Source: a virus
Taxonomy: Duplodnaviria; Caudoviricetes
Length of the DNA stretch: 40,844 nucleotides
Direction: 5' to 3' (one strand)
IMG/VR virus record: IMGVR_UViG_3300037485_001686
Span: 1-40,844 of that record
The translations under genes were made by a program, and so were the position numbers. Below the pieces are notes generated by a model. It did no database searches. It saw only the letters and a program-made list of their open reading frames with translations, and was not told the DNA's origin. This document shows, in pieces, positions 16,375-25,461 of this stretch. Each line of letters begins with the position of its first letter. Position 1 is the stretch's first letter.

Positions 16375-16829
16375 CCTGCGCTCTCCTTTTGTTTGCCCCT
16401 GTTGAGGGGCACCGTGTCGTCGCCGTTTGCGACGATTCGCCTGAGGCGTATGGTCTGCCTCAGCAGCTCCTTTAATTCATCCGGACACCTAGAACCGGGG
16501 CTGCGTTTTCTCCAGAACTCATCGAGGTACCCGTCCGATATAACCCGGCGTTCCATTTTCTTGTTCGCCTTCTCTGCCATCCTCGTGCAGCGCCGACCGC
16601 AGAAAACCTGCATAGTGTTTTTCCGGCGGATGAACGACTTTAGGCATTGCGGGCAGGTGCATGGCTCTTCTCGGCGAGCTGCTCGAATTGCAGCAAGGGC
16701 GGCGCATCGGGCTTTGCATCGAGGGTCGTTAATCCATCGCCAGGCATCCCTGCACTTTTCTGAACAAACTACCGATCCCCTATTCCGCGACTTAAAAAAC
16801 CGCCCGCACTTTAGGCACCGCCGGGTCAT
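16371..16829 (-). CDS. Double zinc-finger protein (CxxC...CSxxC), visibly lower GC
   Basis: CLKC...CSEKC and CPQC...CGRRC; C-terminal SDGY...PDELKELLR. Confidence 0.7.
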   Translation of the reverse strand: MTRRCLKCGRFFKSRNRGSVVCSEKCRDAWRWINDPRCKARCAALAAIRAARREEPCTCPQCLKSFIRRKNTMQVFCGRRCTRMAEKANKKMERRVISDGYLDEFWRKRSPGSRCPDELKELLRQTIRLRRIVANGDDTVPLNRGKQKESAG

Positions 16830-16832
16830 CGC

Positions 16833-17243
16833 TCACTCCCCCCCGCTCTTGAGATCGTCCGGCATCATCGCCTCGTATTCGGCCTCGAGGCGGATCAGCT
16901 GCCGTCCGCGGTCGCAGACGTCGGTGCCGGCCATCCTCTGCGCGCGCGCCATCAGGCCGTAGGGCCTGGCGGCGATCGCGCGGACCATCGCCCGGCAGTC
17001 GAATTCCCGGCAGATGGCCGGGCGTCGGTTGTGGATCGTGCAGCCCTTGTCGCGGTCCAGGTAGATGCAGTCGCCGTTCGGCTTGTGGGCCAGGACCCAC
17101 CGGCCGGCCATCCTCTGGACCTGGTAATCGCTCACCTTGTCGCCGTGCTCCGGGTGGAGCGGCAGGATCTCGCGCTGGCAGCAGAGGGTGCATCCGTTGC
17201 ATGGCACCTCGGTCGCTGCCGGCTTGCGCGCGCGGGCGCTCAC
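16833..17243 (-). CDS. YkgJ-family Zn/Fe-S cysteine-cluster protein
   Basis: CNGCTLCC...CIYL...GCTIHNRRPAICREFDC; GTG start overlaps the upstream stop. Confidence 0.8.
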   Translation of the reverse strand: MSARARKPAATEVPCNGCTLCCQREILPLHPEHGDKVSDYQVQRMAGRWVLAHKPNGDCIYLDRDKGCTIHNRRPAICREFDCRAMVRAIAARPYGLMARAQRMAGTDVCDRGRQLIRLEAEYEAMMPDDLKSGGE

Positions 17244-17530
17244 TTGCTCACCCGGCCCGGCCGGCCCGGCTGGCGCCGGTACGCGGGCTCGGCCGGCAGC
17301 TCGCCCTCGCGCAAGAACATCGTGTCGCCGTCGGCCACCCAAAACTGCGCGGCGGCGTGGGCTCGGTTGATCTCGCGCGCCCGGTCGACCTGCTCTTGCA
17401 TGTCCGCGAGGATCTGCTCGATCCGCTTGCTCGTGACGCGGTTAATCCACCGTCGGTCGATGGCGGCGCCCAGGGAAAGGACCGCCACCACGCCCATCGC
17501 CGCCGCTGCTATCCACAGGGCCTTTTTCAT
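17240..17530 (-). CDS. Hypothetical membrane-anchored protein
   Basis: MKKALWIAAAAMGVVAVLSLGAA hydrophobic N-terminus. Confidence 0.6.
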   Translation of the reverse strand: MKKALWIAAAAMGVVAVLSLGAAIDRRWINRVTSKRIEQILADMQEQVDRAREINRAHAAAQFWVADGDTMFLREGELPAEPAYRRQPGRPGRVSK

Positions 17531-17531
17531 C

Positions 17532-17693
17532 CTACCGCCTCCGGTTGATGGCCATCGCCAGCTCGAGAATTCCGCAGGTGATCGCGGCCACGGCGAGCGC
17601 CGCGAGCCCGCGGTCGGCCCGCGCGGATGGATCTGCGAAGGCCGCCACTACGGCCAGGCAAATCAAGATCATGCACGCGATCGTTCCGAACAT
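17532..17693 (-). CDS. Small two-TM membrane protein (53 aa)
   Basis: Translated by hand: MFGTIACMILICLAVVAAFADPSARADRGLAALAVAAITCGILELAMAINRRR*; AAGGA RBS; below the ORF-track cutoff. Confidence 0.55.
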   Translation of the reverse strand: MFGTIACMILICLAVVAAFADPSARADRGLAALAVAAITCGILELAMAINRRR

Positions 17694-17857
17694 TCCGCCG
17701 TCCTTTCTTTGCCGGCCTGGCGCCGCGGTCGTCCAGCTGCGCCAGGCCGGTCACGTCGGCGGGTCGCACATAGGCCCGCCTCGCTGGTCAAATGTCGCGG
17801 CGCCCACGAGCCGCCCGTACTTAGCAATCGAAGCCGGCCCGCGGGCGCCGACGTCGG

Positions 17858-18262
17858 TTACAGCGGCAGGCCGTTATCCTCTTCCGCTGCCTCGCCCTGG
17901 TCTGCCTTGTCGATGGCGTCGCAGCGGGCCTCGTCGTCATCGATGTCGGCCTCTTCCGCTTCCGGGTGGATCTCGCCGTCCCAGGGCAGCAGCCGCTGGT
18001 CCGGGTCCACCGCCACGCCGGGCGTGCCGTGCACGCCGCTGTTGGGATCATCCAGAGGGCTGCCGCGGTCCTTGAAGAGGTCCGGCTGCAGCTCTTCGAT
18101 ATCGACCATCACCTGGCTGCCTCCGGTGCAATGGGCCAGGGCTGCGCACTTCTCTTCCGTGAACCGGAAGTCCAGGGTCACGATCAGCCGCGGGTCCGGG
18201 CTACCTTCTTTGTCCACCCGGTTCTCAATCAGGAACTTTTTCAGCGTTCCGGCGGATCTCAT
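17858..18262 (-). CDS. Hypothetical protein with acidic C-terminal tail
   Basis: Start MRSAGTLKK with AAGGAG RBS. Confidence 0.65.
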   Translation of the reverse strand: MRSAGTLKKFLIENRVDKEGSPDPRLIVTLDFRFTEEKCAALAHCTGGSQVMVDIEELQPDLFKDRGSPLDDPNSGVHGTPGVAVDPDQRLLPWDGEIHPEAEEADIDDDEARCDAIDKADQGEAAEEDNGLPL

Positions 18263-18306
18263 GTCTGCTCTCTCCTTTGCGGTTTTTCGTCCTGTCGCCG
18301 TGCCGG

Positions 18307-18753
18307 CTAGAGGCCCAGGCGTCGGCGCTGCTCGCTCTTCGACCGGTCGTATTCCTCCTTTGCCACCTCGCGCGCGCGGGCCACGCTGCCGAACCTTTCG
18401 ACCAGGCACTCGACCATCTCCGGCGTCAGGTCCGCGTCGCCGCCGGAGGCCTCGATGCCGAGCTCGAATGCTGCCGCGCGGAATGTCCGCAGGCCTTTCG
18501 ACATCGGCGGTTCGGCCGGCTGCGGTTCGGCCGGCTGCGCGCGCGCGATCGGGATGTCGCACCGCAGGCACCACAGGGCGTGCCCGTAGAGGCGGCGCTG
18601 CGGTGCCCGGTCCAGGTCGAATCCCGCCCACCCGGTCTTGAGGACCAGGAGCCCTCGGATCTGCTCGCCCTCGCGCGCGAACGAAAGCAGGCGGATGTCC
18701 AGGTGCCAGTCGTGCGCGCGCATTACCGAAATCTGGATCAGGGTGGCGATCAT
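18307..18753 (-). CDS. Hypothetical protein
   Basis: GGAGG RBS, ATGA overlap. Confidence 0.55.
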   Translation of the reverse strand: MIATLIQISVMRAHDWHLDIRLLSFAREGEQIRGLLVLKTGWAGFDLDRAPQRRLYGHALWCLRCDIPIARAQPAEPQPAEPPMSKGLRTFRAAAFELGIEASGGDADLTPEMVECLVERFGSVARAREVAKEEYDRSKSEQRRRLGL

Positions 18754-19034
18754 AATCCCTCCCTATGCGTCACGTTGGTCGGCGACACAATCGCCGGGTC
18801 TGGCTCGCTCTTCGACCGGTCGCAGTCCCCCCTTGCTTTCTCCCTCGCGCCGGCAAACTCCGGGTTCCTGGCGTGCCACTTGACCAGAAACGATCCCGGT
18901 TGCGCCATGTCGATCGCCTTGGTCAGGTCGGCGATCGCATCAGCGGCGCGCTCGATCGCCGCGATCAGGGCGATCTCTCGGTTCTCCTGCATGCCGGCAA
19001 GCAGGACCCGTCTGCTCTTCGGTGCGAAGATCAT
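18750..19034 (-). CDS. Hypothetical protein
   Basis: Start MIFAPKS with GGAGG RBS, ATGA overlap. Confidence 0.55.
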   Translation of the reverse strand: MIFAPKSRRVLLAGMQENREIALIAAIERAADAIADLTKAIDMAQPGSFLVKWHARNPEFAGAREKARGDCDRSKSEPDPAIVSPTNVTHREGL

Positions 19035-19288
19035 GGTGCCACCACCTCCCTCAGCGTTTCGCGCCAGGCGCTGTACAGGTCGCCGTCGACCGTGGCCGTG
19101 TCCACGTACCACCAGTTGGCCTCTGCGACCATCAGGTTGCGCCCTTCGCTTTTCTCCCACCAGCTCCGGCCGGCTGTCGGTTTCGTTTCAAACGCCCAGA
19201 TCGACCCGGTCGCGTCGCAGGCCACCCACCGGGCCCAATCCGGCACGCAGAGATGCGTGGAAAACTGGATCACCCTGCTGCCGGCCAT
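19031..19288 (-). CDS. Trp-rich small phage protein
   Basis: VPDWARWVACDATGSIWAFETKP pattern; TGATG coupling to the SbcCD gene. Confidence 0.65.
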   Translation of the reverse strand: MAGSRVIQFSTHLCVPDWARWVACDATGSIWAFETKPTAGRSWWEKSEGRNLMVAEANWWYVDTATVDGDLYSAWRETLREVVAP

Positions 19289-22200
19289 CAGAGCACCTCC
19301 ACCCGGCTCGTGCCGCCGTCATCGACCACCCGCAGGACGTGGTCCGCGACTTCGCTCATGCCGGGCACGTGCGAAATCACCAGGAAGGTCCCGCGCTTGG
19401 CCGCGATGTTCCGCAGCGTCGCCTTGCTCGCCTCGAGGTTGTCCGGGTCCAGGGTCCCGAATCCCTCATCTTGGACCGCGAGCCACATGCGCGACCCGGT
19501 GGCGCGCGCCGTCAGCTCCGCGATCCCGTACCGGAGGCTGCCGCCGACGTGGAATCGCTGCGATCCGCTGGCCGCTCCTTTCGGGTGCCGGCCGCGGTGG
19601 TCGGTGTAGGTGATCTCGACCGCGTTCCTGCTCTCGCCCGTCTGCAGCTCGCGCTCGGCCTCGACCTGGACCGACAGGCCGGTGCCGGCCAGGTACTCGT
19701 TCGCCACCGCCTGCAGGGTCGGAATGCTGAATTGCTCGAGCATCAAAAACGGGATGCCGTCCCGGTTCACCGCGTCGCAGTAGAGCGCCGCGATCGCCGC
19801 GGTGTTGTCGTGCCAGGTGGCTGCCTCGCGCAGGACGGACACGCGATGGCTGTCCTCAGCCACGCTGGCCGCCCTGGCCTCGGCGCCCGCGATCGCGCCG
19901 ACCGTCCGCTCGATCTCGGTCCGGCACTCCGCGGCCGATGCCTGGAATCGCGCGGCGACGACCTCGCAGGCGTGGATCGTGATGCCGCTGCTGATCAGCG
20001 CCTCGTGCATGCTGTCCGCTTGCGCGGCCTCGGCCCGCAGGCGTTGGATCTCCGCGGCGAGCGGCGCCAGGTCCTGGCCGATCTGCAGGCGGTCGGCGGC
20101 CAGGTGCGACTTGCGCTCGAGCGCCTCCCGGTACTCTCGCGCCTGGCGGTCGGCGGCCACCGCCGCGGCCAGCTGCTGGAGCATGGCTGCGCGCCGGTCC
20201 TCCGCCTGCCGGCCAGCCGCGGCGATCTCCTGCTCGCGTTCCGCGATCTCGGCGTCGACCAGGGTCAGGGCCTCGGCCGCCCGCCGGGCGTCGGCATCGC
20301 GGTTGTCCGCATCCTCGATCGCGTGGTCATGTGCCAGGGCCAGCTCCGGGATCCGCGCCTTGGCCGCCTTGGCGTCGGTCAGGAACTGGCAGGCGCCGCA
20401 GTCGCGCTCGTCCGCGATCGGGTCCGGGTGGCTGTAGAGGCGGTCGCCCTCGCAGGGCACGCGGTCGATCAGGGCCGCCTGGCGGGCGGCCTCGACCAGA
20501 TCCCGGTTGGCCCGCTCCGCCGCCGTCGCTGCCGCCTGCGCTGCCCGGCTCGCCGCCTGCGCGGTCGATGTCCGCTCGGCCCGTACCCGCCGGCAGTCGT
20601 CCAGGTCGGCCCGCAGGAGGGCGGTGGCTGCCGCCTCGAGGGCCGGCAGGTCTGCCAGGTCGGCCTCGATGTCGGCCGTGGTCCGCATGCCTCCGGTCGG
20701 CAGGCCGCGGTCGACTACCGCGTCGCAGGCATCCTGGCCGGCCTGGAGCTCTCTCATGCGGTCCAGCAGGGCCCGCTGGCGCCGCTCAGCCTGGCCGGCC
20801 TGCTCGGCCGCCCGCTGCGCGGTCGCCAGCGTCGCCTCCCGCTGGCCGGCCCGCGTGCGCGCCGCCTCGAGCTCCGCCGTGGCCTTGGCCGCTCCGGCCT
20901 CGTGCTCGGCCAGGTCGGCCCGGCGCTCGTCCAGGCGGCTGCGCAGGGCCGGCAGCAGGTCCGGGCCGTCGGTGCGGGAAACGATCGACGCCTCGATCGC
21001 CGCGACCTGGTCGCGGGCCCGGCGCGCCTCGGCCTCGGCCGCCGTCCGGCAGGCGGTTCCCTCTTTCTGCCGGGACGCGAAATCGCGCTGGAGGACCTGC
21101 ATTAGGAGATCCTTCATCTCGCCTGGCGTCAAATCCAGGAGGGCGTCCACCTCGTTTTGGCCGGCAAAGGCCGTTGCCAGGAACAGCTCGGCCGGCCCGA
21201 TCAGGCGCTCGATCGCGTCCTGCGTTTCGCGGGCCGTTCCCTCCGCCACCGGGATCGCTCCGCCCGTCGCGGCGTCCGGCGCCGTGATGTCCAGGAAATG
21301 CAGGGCCGCCGTGGCGCCGCGGCTGGTCCGCTTGGCCTCCCGAATGATCCGGTAGGTCTTGCCGCCGCTCTCGAAATCGAAGGTGACTCGCATCCAATCG
21401 GCGCCCTTGCGGATCAGGTCGTCCAGCCGGTTTCCGCTCACCTGCCGCTTGTAGAGGGCGAAGAGGACCGCGCGGCTGATGTTCGACTTGCCGCTGTAAT
21501 TCGGGCCCTCGACCACGACCAGGCCGCTCAGCCGGCTGAAATCCACGTGCGCCTCTGCGTACTGGCACCAGTTTTCGACGGTCAGCGCGAGCGGTTTCAT
21601 CTCGTATCGCGCGTCCAGGTGCCGGTCCTTAACTCGCTCTTCGATCTCGGCGCCGAGCGCCTGCAGGCCGGCCAGCGGCGCGCCCTCGATCTTTTTCATC
21701 TCGGCCCACCGCTGCAGGGCGTCGAGGATCGAGGCCCCGGTGCCGATGTCGGTCCTGGCGGTCGAGCTGTCCGTTCGCTCGCTGATTACCTTGAGCGCCT
21801 GCAGGCCGAGGGCCTCGCCCATCTCCCGCGCGCGCGCGTGATCGATCGTGTCAATCACCGCGGCTGGCGCGTGCACGCACACGCGGGCCCGGTCGCCGCG
21901 CCCGGCGCGCGTGACCACCGCGTCCGCGACCATCTCGTTCACCTGGTCGCCCGCCTCGGCGTCGACGTCCATGTGGATCAGCTGCGAAACCACCGGCAGG
22001 CGCAGGAGGTCGACCCGGACGTCGGGCGTCCCGTCCAGGGTCACGACCCACATGCCGGGTTCCAGCTTTTGGTCGTTCCAGGTCAGCGGCGCCGGGGCTC
22101 CGCAGTAGAGGATCCGCGGCGCCGCCGCGGTGGCCGGGATGTCCTGGCGGTGATGGATGTGGCCGGCCAGCACGATGTCCGCTCCCGCGAATGCCGCGGC

Positions 22201-22809
22201 CGGCAGCTGCAGGTCGACGCCGCTCGGCATCTGCCGCTCGTCGCCCAGGGTGGCGCCGCCCAGGGTGCCGTGGTAGATCACGACGACGTTCCGGCAAAAC
22301 GGGATCATCCTGGCCTCGCCGATCAGGCCCCGGACCATCGTCGCCATCAGGTCGTTCACGTCTGCGCCCTCTTCCGCGCGCGCCTTGGCCCAATACTTGT
22401 TCGGTGTCGGGATGCAAACGAAGGCAGCCATCGCCGGGCTCCGGTCGTCTGTAAACGGGTGCGCGATCACGCGCGGCGTCGCGGCCAGCTGCAGGAACCC
22501 ATCGCCGTGCTCGTCCTGGCCGGCCAGGATCCCCTCGACCATGCCCACCCGTTCCGCGTGGAAGCTCTGATCATGATTGCCGGCCACGACGATGCCGCCG
22601 TGGGCCGCGGCGAAGGAGCCGCGCTGGATCAGGCGCCGGACCTCGCGGGAAACGTGCGGGTGGACGCTGGATCGGTTGACCACCAGGTCGCCCGCGTGGA
22701 CGAAAACGTCGAAGCTCGGCGCCGCCGCCAGGCCGGCCTCGATGGCCGGCACCGTGTACGGCAGGTTCCCCATGTCCAGGTGCCAGTCGCCTGTCATCAG
22801 GATTTTCAT
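19288..22809 (-). CDS. Single-chain SbcD-SbcC (Mre11-Rad50) nuclease-ATPase fusion
   Basis: Nuclease motifs GDWH, AGDL, GNHD, GHIH; Walker A GPNYSGKS, Q-loop AGQ, coiled coil with central Cys cluster (VPC...CGAC), signature ASGSQ, Walker B/D-loop QDEGFGTLD, H-loop VISH. Confidence 0.92.
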   Translation of the reverse strand: MKILMTGDWHLDMGNLPYTVPAIEAGLAAAPSFDVFVHAGDLVVNRSSVHPHVSREVRRLIQRGSFAAAHGGIVVAGNHDQSFHAERVGMVEGILAGQDEHGDGFLQLAATPRVIAHPFTDDRSPAMAAFVCIPTPNKYWAKARAEEGADVNDLMATMVRGLIGEARMIPFCRNVVVIYHGTLGGATLGDERQMPSGVDLQLPAAAFAGADIVLAGHIHHRQDIPATAAAPRILYCGAPAPLTWNDQKLEPGMWVVTLDGTPDVRVDLLRLPVVSQLIHMDVDAEAGDQVNEMVADAVVTRAGRGDRARVCVHAPAAVIDTIDHARAREMGEALGLQALKVISERTDSSTARTDIGTGASILDALQRWAEMKKIEGAPLAGLQALGAEIEERVKDRHLDARYEMKPLALTVENWCQYAEAHVDFSRLSGLVVVEGPNYSGKSNISRAVLFALYKRQVSGNRLDDLIRKGADWMRVTFDFESGGKTYRIIREAKRTSRGATAALHFLDITAPDAATGGAIPVAEGTARETQDAIERLIGPAELFLATAFAGQNEVDALLDLTPGEMKDLLMQVLQRDFASRQKEGTACRTAAEAEARRARDQVAAIEASIVSRTDGPDLLPALRSRLDERRADLAEHEAGAAKATAELEAARTRAGQREATLATAQRAAEQAGQAERRQRALLDRMRELQAGQDACDAVVDRGLPTGGMRTTADIEADLADLPALEAAATALLRADLDDCRRVRAERTSTAQAASRAAQAAATAAERANRDLVEAARQAALIDRVPCEGDRLYSHPDPIADERDCGACQFLTDAKAAKARIPELALAHDHAIEDADNRDADARRAAEALTLVDAEIAEREQEIAAAGRQAEDRRAAMLQQLAAAVAADRQAREYREALERKSHLAADRLQIGQDLAPLAAEIQRLRAEAAQADSMHEALISSGITIHACEVVAARFQASAAECRTEIERTVGAIAGAEARAASVAEDSHRVSVLREAATWHDNTAAIAALYCDAVNRDGIPFLMLEQFSIPTLQAVANEYLAGTGLSVQVEAERELQTGESRNAVEITYTDHRGRHPKGAASGSQRFHVGGSLRYGIAELTARATGSRMWLAVQDEGFGTLDPDNLEASKATLRNIAAKRGTFLVISHVPGMSEVADHVLRVVDDGGTSRVEVL

Positions 22810-22810
22810 G

Positions 22811-23929
22811 CTAGTTGCCTCCCTGGGCTGCGAGCTCCTGGTCCAGGAGCCAGTTGTAGATCTCGGTCACCTTGGCCGCGTCGCGCGCGGTGTAGGCGTC
22901 CAGGTACTTGCGCTTGATGTCGGTGGCTTTCGCGTGCCGGCACCGCGAGAGCAGGGCCTGGATGTCGGGCAGCGAGGGCTCGATGTCCGCCCACCCGGCG
23001 GCGCTCCGGCCGTCCGCGCGCACCTCTTGCGCGGGCGCCTCGCCGAGCAGCGCTCGCTGGTCGCGCACGCCCTGCGGCTCTTCCATGCGCGGCCTGGCGG
23101 CCTCGCGCGCCTCGTTCTCGGCCCGCTCCTGCTGGCTGCCGACGACGGCCTCGAGGCCGGCCGTGTCGTCCACCGGGTGGTACTCCGCGTCCGCACTGGC
23201 GCCCGCCTGCAGCTGCGGCTGCCGGTGCTGCGGCGCCGCGTAGAGCTGTCCGCGCACGGAAATGCCGGCCGAAATCACCGCGGCTTTCACGTCCGGGTCG
23301 CTCATGTCCGGGACCAGGACGTACTTGACCACCGCAAATCGGTGGCTCTCCAGGACGCCGCGCGGGAAGGCCCGCGGAATGCCGAGGATCATGGCGATGG
23401 CTCGGTTGATCGCCTTGCTCTCGGTCTTGGCTCGGCTGCTCTCGCGCTCGCGCAGGGCCTCTTCCCTGAACCGGCGCGCGACGGCGTTCTCAAATTCGGG
23501 CCCGGTCAGGCGTGGGGAATTCTTGGCGACGTGGGCCTCGCACTCGATCAGGATCCGGTCCATCGCGTCGCGGCCGTCCCATTCCCGCGTGGCCGTCCGC
23601 TCGATCACGTCGCCGCCCGGAAGGCGCAGCATGGCGCTGGCCTGGAATACGCAGAGGTCCCGGTTCGCGCGGTCGTCCACCCGCATCGACGAAACGCTCA
23701 GGCCGGCTGCCGCGGCGAGCCGGTCCAGCGAGACCTTGGTCAGGGCATCCTTGCCGTTGTTGTTGTAGACCGCGCTCGGGCTGTCCGGGTCGATCGTGAC
23801 TTCCGCCACGTCGAGGCCCCAGATCGGGCTGTCGGTTCCCATGAATTTGGTCACGGCCGGCAGGACATGAATCCACTGGTCCTCCGGGTAGAGCTGCTTA
23901 ATCCCTTCCATCGTCAGTCGCTGCGCCAT
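22811..23929 (-). CDS. Putative recombination/annealing protein linked to SbcCD
   Basis: Start MAQRLTME; LTKVSLDRLAAAAG and AKTESKAINRAI resemble Rad52/RecT-superfamily core helices; directly upstream of the nuclease. Confidence 0.55.
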   Translation of the reverse strand: MAQRLTMEGIKQLYPEDQWIHVLPAVTKFMGTDSPIWGLDVAEVTIDPDSPSAVYNNNGKDALTKVSLDRLAAAAGLSVSSMRVDDRANRDLCVFQASAMLRLPGGDVIERTATREWDGRDAMDRILIECEAHVAKNSPRLTGPEFENAVARRFREEALRERESSRAKTESKAINRAIAMILGIPRAFPRGVLESHRFAVVKYVLVPDMSDPDVKAAVISAGISVRGQLYAAPQHRQPQLQAGASADAEYHPVDDTAGLEAVVGSQQERAENEAREAARPRMEEPQGVRDQRALLGEAPAQEVRADGRSAAGWADIEPSLPDIQALLSRCRHAKATDIKRKYLDAYTARDAAKVTEIYNWLLDQELAAQGGN

Positions 23930-23973
23930 CTCGCACCTCTCTTCTTTCGGTTGGCGAACGGGCCGGCTGGCCC

Positions 23974-24444
23974 TCAGTCGTCGTGCTCGTCGTCCTGGTC
24001 GGCGCTCCCTTCGGCGCCCAGCTTGCTGTTGGCCTCGCGCGTGGCGATCCGCGCGTTGGCACCGGCCTCTTCCGCCCGGCGCTCCCATAGGCTGATGATC
24101 TGGTATCTTGAAACGATCCGGTCCGGGCTCACGACCTGCCGCAGCTCCCGCACGCGGGCGTTGGCGACGTCCATCTCGGCGCTGGCCTGCGCGGCCTGGG
24201 CCACCGTCGCCAGCAGCCGGATCTCGTCGGCGCCGTCGACCCACCGCTGGCCTTTTTTCTTTGGCTCCTGCAGGCGGACCTCGAGGCTCATGCGCACGTT
24301 GGCCGCCGTCCTGGCCGTCTGGTCGGCTCCGGAAAGCCACCCGCGGGCCCAGGCCTTGAATTCCAGCGACCGTCCCGCGCGGGCCAGCGCCGCCTCGACC
24401 GTGCGGTCCACGCCGTCCGCCGTGCTCAGCATCCGTGCCGCCAT
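23974..24444 (-). CDS. Hypothetical protein
   Basis: Start MAARMLST with GGAGG RBS; contains WARGWLSGAD. Confidence 0.6.
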   Translation of the reverse strand: MAARMLSTADGVDRTVEAALARAGRSLEFKAWARGWLSGADQTARTAANVRMSLEVRLQEPKKKGQRWVDGADEIRLLATVAQAAQASAEMDVANARVRELRQVVSPDRIVSRYQIISLWERRAEEAGANARIATREANSKLGAEGSADQDDEHDD

Positions 24445-24449
24445 GCCGC

Positions 24450-25001
24450 CTACCTCCGGTCCTGGATGAAGCGCCGCAGCGGCCACCAGGGCTCCCAGGT
24501 CCGGCGCGTGAAGGCCGGCCGCACCTGGTCCTGGTCGATGTAGGCGAACCAGGTTTCGCCCGGCTTGAAAAAGACCAGGACGTCGCCGTCGGCGAGCATG
24601 TCGTGGTCCATGTAGCTGCGGACCAGGGTCCTGATCGCCTCGTCGCGTTCGGCCTTGGTGAAGTCGAGGCCTCGCTGCCGGCGAACGTCCGGCTTGGAGA
24701 TCGTGGGGTCCAGGGCGTCGCCCTCTGCGCGCTCGACGATCAGCCGGAAGTCGCGGGAGCGGCTGGAGGTGGTCCGTTCCATCATCCAGCCGTATGTGAA
24801 GAGCCAGCGGTTGCGCCACCGGCACTGGATCATGGCGACCGCCTCTTCCGACTGCTGGCTCATCTCGCCGCCGCGGCGCCAGGCGCTCACCGCTGCCGGT
24901 GTCACGCCGAGCCAGGCGGCCAGGGCCTCGCCGCTGCCGGCGACGTCGATCAGGGTTTCTAGCTGCTCTCGTTCCACGTCGTGCTCCTTTCCTGGTTTCA
25001 T
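24450..25001 (-). CDS. Cro-like HTH protein with an extra C-terminal domain
   Basis: Start MKPGKEH; GSGEALAAWLGVTPAAVSAWRRG. Confidence 0.7.
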   Translation of the reverse strand: MKPGKEHDVEREQLETLIDVAGSGEALAAWLGVTPAAVSAWRRGGEMSQQSEEAVAMIQCRWRNRWLFTYGWMMERTTSSRSRDFRLIVERAEGDALDPTISKPDVRRQRGLDFTKAERDEAIRTLVRSYMDHDMLADGDVLVFFKPGETWFAYIDQDQVRPAFTRRTWEPWWPLRRFIQDRR

Positions 25002-25183
25002 GTCGGGTCCCTCGAAATCTTGAAGGCGGCCGGGGCGTCGATCCCGACCTTCGCGTGCCCGCGCGGGTTCCCGGTCAGCGGCTCCCTTGATGTGCTGGTC
25101 GCGCAAATCGTGATCACGATCTGCCGGCCGTCGCCGAGGTCGATCCGGATCCGCTCGCCGGTCTTGCGATCAATTAGCAGCAT
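24998..25183 (-). CDS. csrA: CsrA/RsmA-family translational regulator
   Basis: MLLIDRKTGERIRI...AKVGIDAP..FKISRD matches the CsrA pattern ML.L.RK.GE.I.I...V.IGI.AP....I.R.E. Confidence 0.8.
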   Translation of the reverse strand: MLLIDRKTGERIRIDLGDGRQIVITICATSTSREPLTGNPRGHAKVGIDAPAAFKISRDPT

Positions 25184-25460
25184 TCCCGCCCTCGCTTCCG
25201 GCCGCAGCCGTCGCTGCCTCGAGGGCCTCTCGCTGCACTCTGGCGGCGCTTGCGAGCGCCAGGATCAGCGTGCTGGCCGCCATCAGGAGCGCCGCGGCGC
25301 TTTCGCACCCGGCACGGTCGAGGCGGAACTCCTTGCCGCATTCCCGCTCAACGATCGCCAGCGATCGTGCCGCGATGTCTCCTGTCTGGTCGATCAGCCG
25401 GATGGCGCAAAGCATTACGTCGTCCGCCACCACCGTCATCCTCATGTCGGCTGGCACCAT
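25170..25460 (-). CDS. Hypothetical protein
   Basis: 96 aa ORF with GGAGG RBS in the chain. Confidence 0.5.
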   Translation of the reverse strand: MVPADMRMTVVADDVMLCAIRLIDQTGDIAARSLAIVERECGKEFRLDRAGCESAAALLMAASTLILALASAARVQREALEAATAAAGSEGGNAAN

Positions 25461-25461
25461 G

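Noticed and set aside
18507-18536. 15-bp tandem duplication (QPAEP x2)
   Set aside because: Simple in-frame slippage in a linker with no further structure
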